From contig CAVZNW010000004.1 in NCBI GenBank assembly GCA_963776755.1, forward strand, positions 412,257 to 476,256: a stretch of 64,000 nt of DNA. Direction: 5' to 3'. Source of the stretch: an uncultured Acidobacteriota bacterium (GTDB lineage Bacteria > Acidobacteriota > Thermoanaerobaculia > UBA5066 > Gp7-AA6). Shown here one piece after another: positions 37,821 through 47,287 of this stretch; within the stretch, counting starts at the first letter, position 1; each line of letters opens with the position of its first letter. Below the pieces are notes generated by a model. The model worked only from the letters and a program-made list of their open reading frames with translations, was not told the origin of the DNA and made no database searches. Made by a program: the position numbers and the translations under genes.

Positions 37821-39795
37821 ATGAGCACGAGCGTCCCGCGGGAGGCCGACGGCGTCGTGCTCGTCGGCAATCCCAACGTCGGCAAGAGCGCTCTCTTCGG
37901 CGCGCTGACCGGCAAGTACGTCACGGTTTCGAACTACCCGGGCACCACGGTCGAGGTGTCCGAGGGCGCGATGGCGGTCGGGAGCCGGCGCCATCGGACC
38001 CTTCGCGACACGCCGGGGGCGGCCTCGCTGCTTCCGTTCTCCGAAGACGAACGCGTGACCCGCGACATTCTGCTGTCGACGCGGCCCGCGGCGGTCGTGC
38101 TCGTCGGCGATGCGAAGAACCTGGAGCGGGCGCTCGCCCTCGCCCTGGAGGTCGCCGAGACCGGGCTTCCCCTCGTCGTCTGCCTCAACATGATGGACGA
38201 GGCTCGCGCCCGCGGCTTCTCGATCGACGCCGGGCGCCTGGCGGCGCGCCTCGGCATCGGCCGTCGTCGAGACGGTCGCCGTGCGGCACGAGGGGATCCA
38301 GCGGCTCTCCACGGCAATCGAGGCGGCGCGGCCGGCGTCCTTCCGCATCGCCTATCCCGATCCGATCGAGCGGGCCGTCGACGCGACCGTGTCCCTGATG
38401 CCCTCCGCGCCGTTCTCGCCACGGGCCCTGGCGCTCGCGGCGCTGTCGGGGGACCAGACCCTGACGCCCTGGCTGCGCGCGCACATGCCCGACGACGCGC
38501 TCGCACGGGTGGAGGAGGTGCGGCAGCGGCTGCGCCGAATCTACCGCGAGGACATCGGGTACGTGGTCCAGGACGCCCGCCGGCGCGCGGCCGCCGCGCT
38601 CGCCGGGGAGGTGGCGACGCGGCGCGAGCCGGCCGCCTCGCCGACGCGCCCATTCCGGCGCTGGCTCGACCTCGCCACGACCCATCCCGTGCTGGGAGTG
38701 CCGGTGCTCCTCGCGGCGCTCTATCTCTCCTACCTCTTCGTGGGGGTCTTCGGGGCGAAGACGCTCGTGGATCTGCTGGAGAACGGGCTCTTCGGAAGGA
38801 TCGTCAGCCCGGCGGCGACCCGCCTCGCCGACGCGGTCGTCCCCTGGCCGATCGCGCGGGACTTCCTCGTCGGGCCCTACGGCCTCGTGACGATGGCGCT
38901 CGCCTACTCGCTCGCCCTCGTCCTGCCGATCGTCGGCACCTTCTTCATCGCCTTCGGGATCCTCGAGGACTCGGGCTACCTGCCGCGCCTCGCCGTCATG
39001 GTCAATCGGATCTTCAAGTCGATGGGCTTGAACGGCAAGGCCGTTCTCCCGATGGTGCTCGGGCTCGGCTGCGACACGATGGCGACCCTGACGACGCGGA
39101 TTCTCGAGACGCCCAAGGAGCGGCTCATCGTGATCCTGCTGCTCGCGCTCGGCGTTCCGTGCTCGGCGCAGCTCACGGTCATCCTCGCGATGCTCGGCGG
39201 GCTCTCGGCGCTCGCCCTGGCGATCTGGGCCTTCGTGGTCCTCGCCGTGCTCTTCCTGGTGGGCAAGCTCGCGGCGCGGGTGCTTCCGGGAAGAAGCGGC
39301 GACTTCGTCCTGGAGCTGCCGCCCCTGCGCGTGCCCCGGCCCGGCAACCTCCTCGTGAAGACGCTCGCCCGCATCGAGTGGTACCTGAGGGAGGCCGTGC
39401 CGCTGTTCGTGCTCGGCACGGCGATCCTCTTCGTCGCGGACCGCCTCCGGCTGATCGGCTGGATCGAGCGGGCCGCGCGGCCGGTCGTCACGGGCGTGCT
39501 GGGCCTGCCGCCCGAGACGGCGCCCGCCTTCGTCGTCGGCTTTCTGCGACGCGACTTCGGCGCGGCCGGCCTCTTCGACATGGCCCGCCACGGCCGCATC
39601 GATCCCATCCAGTCGCTCGTCGCGATGGTCACGATCACGCTCTTCATGCCGTGCATCGCCAACTTCTTCATGATCGTCAAGGAGCGGGGCTGGAAGACGG
39701 CCGGGGCGATCGCGGGGTTCGTGTTTCCCTTCGCGGTCGCGGTGGGCGCCGCGTTGAACCTGCTGTTGCGCGCCATGCGCTTGCCGCTCCAATGA
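37821..39795 (+). CDS. feoB: Ferrous iron transporter FeoB (N-terminal G-domain plus membrane domain); apparent 1-nt insertion near 38258-38262
   Basis: G-domain motifs VVLVGNPNVGKSALFGALTG, DTPG and LNMMDEA are in the frame of ORF 37821. The rest (VETVAVRHEGIQ... and the 8-10 TM permease domain) is in ORF 38281..39795. Confidence 0.85.
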
Positions 39796-40040
39796 AGCCC
39801 GAGGAGACGCCCTTCTCGTCGCTGCCCGCGCACCCCGCCCCGCCGCCGGAGTCGAGCCTCTTCGTCTGCGGGCTCTGCGGGAACCGGTTCACCCACGGCG
39901 GCCTCGTCTGCGGCTCGTGCCCGATGCAGACGGGCTGCGAGCTCGTACGCTGCCCGAACTGCGGATTTCAGTTCCCGAGGTCCTCGCGGATCGTCGATCT
40001 TCTGCGCCGGGTCTTCCGGCGCGCGCGGAGGCATGAATGA
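39792..40040 (+). CDS. Small zinc-ribbon protein (possibly FeoC-like / FeoB-associated)
   Basis: 82 aa. ATG overlaps the feoB stop (ATGA). Two Cys pairs: CGLCGNRF...CGSC and CPNCGF. Confidence 0.5.
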   Translation: MKPEETPFSSLPAHPAPPPESSLFVCGLCGNRFTHGGLVCGSCPMQTGCELVRCPNCGFQFPRSSRIVDLLRRVFRRARRHE

Positions 40041-40705
40041 TCCTGCACCCCGATCTGGCCGACCAGGACATCGAGGAGGTCGCCGAAGAGCTCTGGACGC
40101 TGGGAGAGCGGGGTCTCGACCGCATCGAGGACCTGCGCGCCTCGAGCGAAGTGCCGGTGCTCGACGCCGCGCTCGACGAGCTCTCGCGGCGCGGTCTCGT
40201 GCGCGTCGAGGCAGGCCGGTTCGCGCTGACCTCCGAGGGCCGCAGCCTCGCCGGCCGCCAGGTGCGCCGGCATCGGCTGGCGGAGGTCCTCTTCACGACC
40301 GTGCTCGAGGTCCGCGACGAGTCGGCCGTCAACCGGACCGCCTGCGTCATGGAGCACGTTCTCGGCGCGGGACTGGCCGACGCGATCTGCGCGTTTCTCG
40401 GGCATCCGCGCTCCTGCCCGCACGGCAAGCCGATCCCGCAGGGGCCCTGCTGCCGCGAGCTGTCGCAGACGATCGAGCCCCTCGTGCAGCCCCTCGACCG
40501 GCTCCCGGCCGGCGGGGAGGGGCGGATCGTCTACATCGTCCCGCGCGAGCGGGAGCGGCTCGCGCAATTGACCAACCTCGGGATCGTCCCGGGGGCGCAC
40601 GTGCGCGTGCGCCAGAAGGTGCCCGCCTTCGTCCTCGCCCTCGGCGAGACGGTCGTGGCCGTCGACCCCGCCATCGCCGGCGAGATCTACGTCAAGAAGG
40701 TCTGA
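40037..40705 (+). CDS. DtxR/IdeR-family metal-dependent transcriptional regulator with C-terminal FeoA/SH3-like domain
   Basis: ATG overlaps the upstream stop (ATGA). Winged-helix N-terminus. Metal-binding/dimerisation region RRHRLAEVL...CVMEHV...CPHGKPIP. C-terminal SH3/FeoA-like segment GEGRIVYIVPRE...VRVRQK. Confidence 0.8.
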   Translation: MILHPDLADQDIEEVAEELWTLGERGLDRIEDLRASSEVPVLDAALDELSRRGLVRVEAGRFALTSEGRSLAGRQVRRHRLAEVLFTTVLEVRDESAVNRTACVMEHVLGAGLADAICAFLGHPRSCPHGKPIPQGPCCRELSQTIEPLVQPLDRLPAGGEGRIVYIVPRERERLAQLTNLGIVPGAHVRVRQKVPAFVLALGETVVAVDPAIAGEIYVKKV

Positions 40706-40711
40706 TCGAGG

Positions 40712-42233
40712 TCACGCCGACGCGGCGTTCGCGGCGGCGGCTCTCGATGGCTCGGCCCCGAGGTAGGCGTGAATGGCGGCCGCGGCCTTGCGGCCGTGGC
40801 CCATCGCCAGGATCACCGTCGAAGCGCCGGCCACGATGTCGCCTCCGGCGAAGACGCCCTTGCGCGTCGTCATCATGGTGGCCTCGTCCACGACGAGCGT
40901 TCCGTGCCGGGTCGTCGTCAGGCCGGCCGTGGTCTTCGGGATGAGCGGGTTGGGACCGTTGCCGATCGCCTCGATGACGACCTCGACCGGAAGCTCCTCG
41001 TAGGCTCCCTCGATCGGGACCGGCCGGCGGCGGCCCTTCTCGTCCGGCTCGCCGAGCTCGCACCTCTGCACCTTGAGCGCCCGCACCCATCCGTCCGAGC
41101 CGCCGACGATCTCGACCGGCGCGCAGAGCATCCGGAACTCGACGCCCTCCTGCTCGGCGTGGTGCACCTCCTCGAGCCGGGCGGGCATTTCGGCGCGGGA
41201 GCGGCGGTAGACGAGATACACGTGCTTCGCCCCGAGCCGCAGCGCCGTCCGCGCGGCGTCCATCGCGACGTTGCCGCCGCCGAGGACCGCGACGTTGTCC
41301 CGACGCAGGACCGGCGTGTCCTCCTCGGGGAATCGAAACGCGCCCATCAGGTTCGCCCGGGTCAGGTACTCGTTGGCCGAGTAGACGCCGTTCAGGTCCT
41401 CGCCGGGAACGTTGACGAAATAGGGGAGGCCCGCGCCCGTGGCCACGTAGACGGCGTCGAAGCCATCGTCGAAGAGGTCGTCGATCGTGAAGCGTCTGTC
41501 CGACGATCGTGTCGAACTCGAACTGGACGCCCATCTTCGAGAGGTTGTCCACCTCGGCCTGCACGATGCCCTTCGGGAGACGGAACTCCGGAATCCCGTA
41601 CACGAGGACGCCGCCGGCCTTGTGGAAGGCCTCGAAGACCACCGCCTCGTGGCCGAAGCGCCGGAGGTCTCCCGCGCACGTCAGGCCCGACGGGCCCGCG
41701 CCGATGATCGCCACGCGCCGGCCGGTCGCCGCGCCGACGTCCGGCAGCTCGACGCCGCCCTCCTCGCGTTCCCAGTCGGCGAGAAACGCCTCGATCTTGC
41801 CGACGGAGACGGCGAAGCCGAGGTCCTTGTGCACCTTGGCCACCATGCAGTTCTCCTGGCACTGGCTCTCCTGCGGGCAGACGCGCCCGCAGATCGCCGG
41901 CAGGAGGTTGGTCTCCTTGATGAGCCGGATCGCGCCGCGGAAGTCGCCCTCGGCGACGAGCTTCAGGAACCCCGGCACGTCGACGCCGACCGGGCATCCC
42001 GAGACGCACGGCTCGTTCTTGCACGAGAGACAGCGCACGGCTTCGGCGCGCGCCTGCGCGGGCGTGTAGGCGAACGGGACCTCGCGGATGTTGCGGACCC
42101 GCTCGGCCGGGTCCTGCTCGGCCCAGAAGATTTTCGGCAGCTGGCCCCGCTGCCTGGGCGTCAAGGCGTTGCGGGTCTCGATTCGCTTCTCGAGTTCCTC
42201 GGGGGTCGGGTTGCTCCGGATTTCATCGGACAT
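40712..42233 (-). CDS. GltD-like FAD/NAD(P)-binding 4Fe-4S oxidoreductase (NfnB/SudA-like large subunit); apparent 1-nt insertion near 41488
   Basis: ATG at 42233 (MSDEIRSNPTPEELEKR...). Cys clusters CLSCKNEPCVSGCP and CGRVCPQESQCQENC. GAGPSG dinucleotide-binding site. The C-terminal part (ATGAGLPYF...GGDIVAGASTV...) is in ORF 40712..41446. Confidence 0.75.
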
Positions 42234-43155
42234 CAGGCTTCGGCCTCCGAGGCGGCGGCGGGCGCCTCCAACCGGCACGTGTGCATCCGTTCGCGGTAGC
42301 GCTCGAGGCTCGCGGCCTCCTCGGGCTTGTACATGGCCTGGCGGCGCATCATGCCGTCGAAGTCGACGCGGTGCCCGTCGAACTCCGGACCGTCCACGCA
42401 GACGTAGCGGGCCACGCCGTCCACCGTGACGCGGCAGCCGCCGCACATCCCGGTGCCGTCGACCATGATCGTGTTCAGGCTGACCAGGGTCGAGACGCCG
42501 TAGGGCTCGGTCGTCTTCGAGCAGAACTTCATCATCAGCGGCGGGCCGATGGCGATCGCGAGGTCGACGTCGCCTCCGCGGGACCGCCGGTCCTCGATCG
42601 CCTCCTTCAGGACGTCGGTGACGAAGCCCTTGCGACCGTACGAGCCGTCGTCGGTGCAGACGAGCAGCTCGTTCGAGGCCTCGCCGAGCCGGTCCTCGAA
42701 CACGAGGAGGTCCCGGCGGCGTGCGCCGAGGATCGTCACGACCTCGTGCCCGGCCTCGCGGAAGGCGCGCGCGATGGGGAGCATCGGCGCGGCGCCGATG
42801 CCGCCGGCGACACAGGCGACCGTGCCCCGGAACTCCTCGGGCTTGCCGGGCACGCCGATGTGCGTCGGGTTGCCGAGCGGGCCGGCGACGTTGGCGAAGT
42901 GATCGCCCTCGGCGAAGGCCTCGGTCATCTCGATCGTGGTCTTGCCGACGGCCTGGACGACGAGCGTGATCGATCCCGGCCTCGCCGGTCGACGTCGGCG
43001 ATGGTCAGCGGGATCCGCTCGGAGCTCGGATGCGGCCGCACCATGACGAACTGGCCGGCGCGGTGTCGCCGGGCCACGCGCGGCGCCTCGACCTCGAAGA
43101 GGCTGACGTTTTCTCCCAGGGGCTTCTTGACCAGGATCCGGAACACGTGCGTCAC
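42233..43155 (-). CDS. PyrK-like FAD/[2Fe-2S] oxidoreductase subunit (NfnA/SudB-like small subunit); apparent 1-nt deletion near 42975
   Basis: GTG at 43155 with RBS GAAGCGAGG. N-terminus MTHVFRILVKKPL...RIPLTIADVD. The rest is in ORF 42233..42928 with CVAGGIGAAPM and the C-terminal CGGCRV...C cluster. Its stop overlaps the nfnB-like start. Confidence 0.65.
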
Positions 43156-43163
43156 CTCGCTTC

Positions 43164-44046
43164 TCAGAACGCCGGGGCGAAGGACGCCAGGATCTCGGCG
43201 GTGGTCGTGACCTCGCCGACCTGCCGGGCCTTCTTCCGGACTTCGTCCATGCGCTCGACGAGCGACGGCTGCCGCACCTCGTAGAGGACGCCGGTCGTGA
43301 GGACGTCCGTTTCGCGCGTGTAGCGGAGGGCCGCGGCGCGGTCGGTCACGTCGTGGTCCGCCGGAAGGAACGCCTGCCTTCGCCTTGAGGATCTTGAACT
43401 GGTCGTCGCCGCGCCAGGTGACGCAGGGCGACATGACGTTCAGGAACGCGAAGCCGCTGGTGCTCGATGCGCCTCGACGATGAGCTCCACGAGTGTCCTT
43501 GAGGTCGCCGGAGAATCCGCGGCCGACCCAGGTCGCGCCGAAGGAGATCGCGAGCTCGCACGGGTCGACCGACGGCTCGGGGTTCCCGTAGTGCGTCGAC
43601 TTCGTCTTGTCGCCCGTCGGCGTCGTCGGCGCGGCCTGGCCCTTCGTCAGGCCGTAGATCTCGTTGTCCATCATGAAGTACGCGATGTCGAGGTTGCGCC
43701 GCGCGGCGTGCATGAAGTGATTGCCGCCGATCGCGATGCCGTCGCCGTCGCCGCCGACCGCGATGACCTTCACGTCCGGCCGCGCGACCGCTTGACCCCG
43801 GTCGCGAGCGGCAGCGCGCGGCCGTGGACGCTGTTGAACCCGTAGGTCGTCGACGTAGCCGGGCAGGCGCGACGAGCAGCCGATGCCGGAGATGACGACG
43901 GTGTTCCACGGCTCGAGCTGCAGCTCGGCCATCGCGCGGTAGAGCGCCGTGAGGACGCCGAAGTCGCCGCAGCCGGCGCACCAGACGGGCTTCAGGTCCG
44001 TCTTGTAGTCGTTCGGCGAAGGCGGGAGGTCGGGCACGGCGCTCAT
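43164..44046 (-). pseudogene. korB: 2-oxoacid:ferredoxin oxidoreductase beta subunit (KorB-like, TPP-binding), at least 3 frameshifts
   Basis: MSAVPDLPPSPNDYKTDLKPVWCAGCGDFGV...GIGCSSRLPGYV then frame breaks. GGDGDG...GGNHFMHAARRN..MDNEIYGLTKGQ and the C-terminus (ORF 43164..43349) lie in other frames. Confidence 0.65.
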
Positions 44047-45861
44047 ACGGCCACCCTTCCTCGCGCCGGCCGGGCGCGACGACCCTGTCGGATCTCGGTC
44101 GTCGACCTCGGCGATCGTCAGGTTCTTGCCGCCGGACCGCTTGAAGCACGTGCGTGTCGCCCGCGGGGCAGGTCGGGAACGTCCGGAGGTACTTGTAGAA
44201 CTGCGCCGCGTACGAGAGCTCGACGACGAGAACCTGCTCGACGCTCGCCAGGAACTCCTCGAAGTCCCGCTTCGGGAAGGGATAGATCATCTGCGGGACG
44301 AAGGCGGCGACCTTCTCGCCGCGCGCGCTCGGCCGCGGCGACGGCCTCCTCGACCGGCGCCCTTCGACGAGCCCCAGCAGACGATGCCGACGTCGGCCTT
44401 CTCGGGACCGAACCGGCGCGAACGAGTGGTACGCGTCGCGGATCGGCCACGAGCTTCCGGTAGCGCTTCGCGTTCATCTTCTCGTGCGTGAGGTAGCAGC
44501 GAGTTCGGACGCCCTTCCTCGTCGTGCTCGAGGCCGTTCGTCTGGTACATCCCGCTTCTTCATGCCCGGGAACGCTCATCGGCGAGACGCCGTTCGGCGT
44601 GTCCCGGTAGCGCTCGTAGTCCTCGAGCTCCTCCGGCGTCGGCGGACGCGCGGTCGACGCACCGTCGTGGACGAGGCGCCGCGGTCGAGATCGTCTCCTG
44701 CGCTGGCCGACGGACTGGTCCGACAGGACGATGACCGGGATCTGGAACTCCTCGGAGATGTTGAAGGCCTCGACCGTCGCGTGGAAGCAGTCCTCGACGT
44801 CGGAGCAGGCGAGCACGACGCGCGGCGCGTCGCCGTGCGTCCCGAAGAGCGCCTGGAGGAGGTCGGACTGCTCGCTCTTGGTCGGGATGCCGGTCGAGGG
44901 GCCGCCGCGCTGCACGTCGACGATCACGCCGGGACCTCGGCCATCGAGGCGAGGCCGAGCATCTCGGTCATGAGCGAGAGGCCGGGGCCGGAGGTGGCGG
45001 TCATCGACTTGACGCCGGCGAAGGACGCGCCGATCGACGGCGCCGATCGCGGCGAGCTCGTCCTCGGTCTGGAGGACCGAGCCGCCCATCTGCGGGGCAG
45101 CCACTCCGCGAGGAACTGCAGGATCTCGGACGAGGGCGTGATCGGGTAGCCGGCGAAGAACCGGCAGCCCGCGTGGAGCGCGCCGATCGCGGCCGCCTCG
45201 TTGCCGGACATCAGGAGCGCGCGGCGCCGACGGCGTGTAGGCGAGCCGCCGGCCGGAGAGGACCTCGCCCGCGCGACGCCGCGAACTCGCGGCCCGCGTC
45301 GAACGCCGCGAGCGTTGGCGGCGCGCGACGGCCGCCTTCTTGCGGCCGAACCGGCTTCGCGACGGCGCGCCGCAGCGTCTCCGGCGGGAGGCCGAGGAGC
45401 TCGCCGAGGACGCCGAGCTCGACGACGTTCTTCGCGCCCGGCGTTCCGGCGGACGCCTTCGCGAGCTTCGCGAACGGGACGGGAATCCAGTGCGCCTCTC
45501 GTCGCCGAAGGCCGAGGTCCTCGCCGACGGCCGCGTCATCGCGTCGGCCTCGTCGAAGAGGACGACGGCGTCGGGCGCGACGGAGATCTCGCCCTTGAAC
45601 CGGCCGAAGTCGGCCCAGCGGAAGACGACGAGGACGTCGACGGCGTCTCCCGGCTCGGAGATCGGCGTCCGCGACTCAGCCGCACCACGCACGACGACTC
45701 GCCGCCCCGGATCTGGGGGCCGTACGCCTCGGTCTTGATGACGTGGAGGCCTTCCCTGCGCCGCGACCTGGGACACGAGATCCCCGAGGGTCATCACGCC
45801 GTCGCCTCCCGAGCCCACCATCGCGATCGTCACGTCCCTGGTCGTCATCGTTTTCGACATT
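44043..45861 (-). pseudogene. korA: 2-oxoacid:ferredoxin oxidoreductase alpha subunit (KorA-like), many frameshifts
   Basis: ATG at about 45861 after GGACGGAGGA (MSKTMTTRDVTIAMVGSGGDGV...). Recognisable KorA segments (FAGYPITPSSEIL, MTATSGPG, VIVDVQRGGPSTGIPTK, KIYPFPKRDFEEFL) are scattered over at least 6 frame segments. The inferred stop overlaps the korB start. Confidence 0.6.
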
Positions 45862-46020
45862 CCTCCGTCCAGTCCGAGTGTCCCGGGAGGGGGAGGGCCG
45901 TCGCATGGTGCGAATGAATCAGTCGCGGGGCGGCGGGAGCCTGGCCTTCGTCCGGGCGAGGCCTGCGGCGCGAGAAGGCCGGCCTGGCCGGGGGCGGGGA
46001 TACCGATAGAATTCCGGCCA

Positions 46021-47287
46021 ATGGGCTCGTTCCCGGTGCCAGATCTGCGACGCCGGCGGAGCCTTCGGATTCCTCTCGCCCTCGGCCTCGCGTTCGGCCT
46101 CGCCGCCGCCGTTGCGGCCGCCGGGCCGCGCATCGTCGCGGTCGGCGACGTCCACGGCGACCTCGCGGGGTTCAAGAGAATCCTCGTCCGACGCCGGCGT
46201 TCTCGACGCCGCGGGCGCCTGGACGGGCGGCGACACCGTGCTGGTCCAGGTCGGGGACCTGATCGACCGCGGCCCGAGCATGCGGGGCACACTCGACTTC
46301 GTCATGGCGCTGGAGCCGTCGGCCGCGAAGGCTGGGGGACGCGTCGTTGCGCTCCTCGGCAACCACGAGATCCTGAACCTGACCGGCGATCTGCGGTACG
46401 TGACTCCCGCGAACTACGCCGAGTTCGCCGACGCCGGATCGGAGAAGCGCCGCGAGGACGCCTGGATCCAGGTCCGGGACCTGCGCAATCGCCGCGCCCG
46501 CGAGCTCGGGCAACCCGATCCGCCCGCGGGCCCCGAGGCGCGAAAGGCCTGGCTCGACGCGCACCCGCCGGGCTTCCTCGAGCACCAGGAGGCGTTCGGC
46601 CCGAGCGGCAAGTACGGCCGCTGGCTGCGCGCCCGGCCCGCGATCTTCGTCGCGCAGCAGACGGCCTTCATGCACGGAGGGCTCTCGCCGGCCCTCGCGG
46701 GCGTGTCGCTCGAAGAGATCGAAAAGAAGGTGCGCGAAGACCTCGCGACGTTCGACGCCGACCGGGCGCTCTTCGTGTCGGAGGGGCTGATCCTGCCGTT
46801 CTTCGACATCCAGGAGACGTTCCGCGCGGTCCGCGAGGAGCTCGAGGCGAAGTCGAAGGACGGCAAGGACGCGGAGCGACGCCAGACATACGAGCACTTT
46901 CTCGACTGGGGAAGCTGGACGATGAATTCCGCCGACGGCCCCCTCTGGTTCCGGGGCTACGGCCGGTGGAGCGACGCCGAGGGCGAGGTCGAGATGCCGC
47001 GGCTGCTGTCTTCGGCCGGCGTCGAGCGCTTCGTCGTCGGCCACACGGTCCAGGAGGACGGGCGCATCCGCGTCCGCTTCGGAGGCGCCGCTTTCCTGAT
47101 CGACAGCGGCATGCTGACCTCCTACGTCCCCCGCGGCCGGGGCTCGGCGCTCGAGATCGTCGGCGATGTCGTGAGCGCGATCTACGCCGGCGAGCCGCGG
47201 CGCGTGATCTGGGAGCCGGCGCGCAAGGCGGCGTCCCTCGCACCGAACCGGCGAAGTGCGCCACGGCCGCGGGGAGCGGCGCAGTGA
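46021..47287 (+). CDS. Secreted calcineurin-like metallophosphoesterase; apparent 1-nt insertion near 46186
   Basis: Signal peptide plus GDVHGD in the frame of ORF 46021. Continues with GDLIDRG and GNHE in ORF 46112..47287. Confidence 0.7.
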
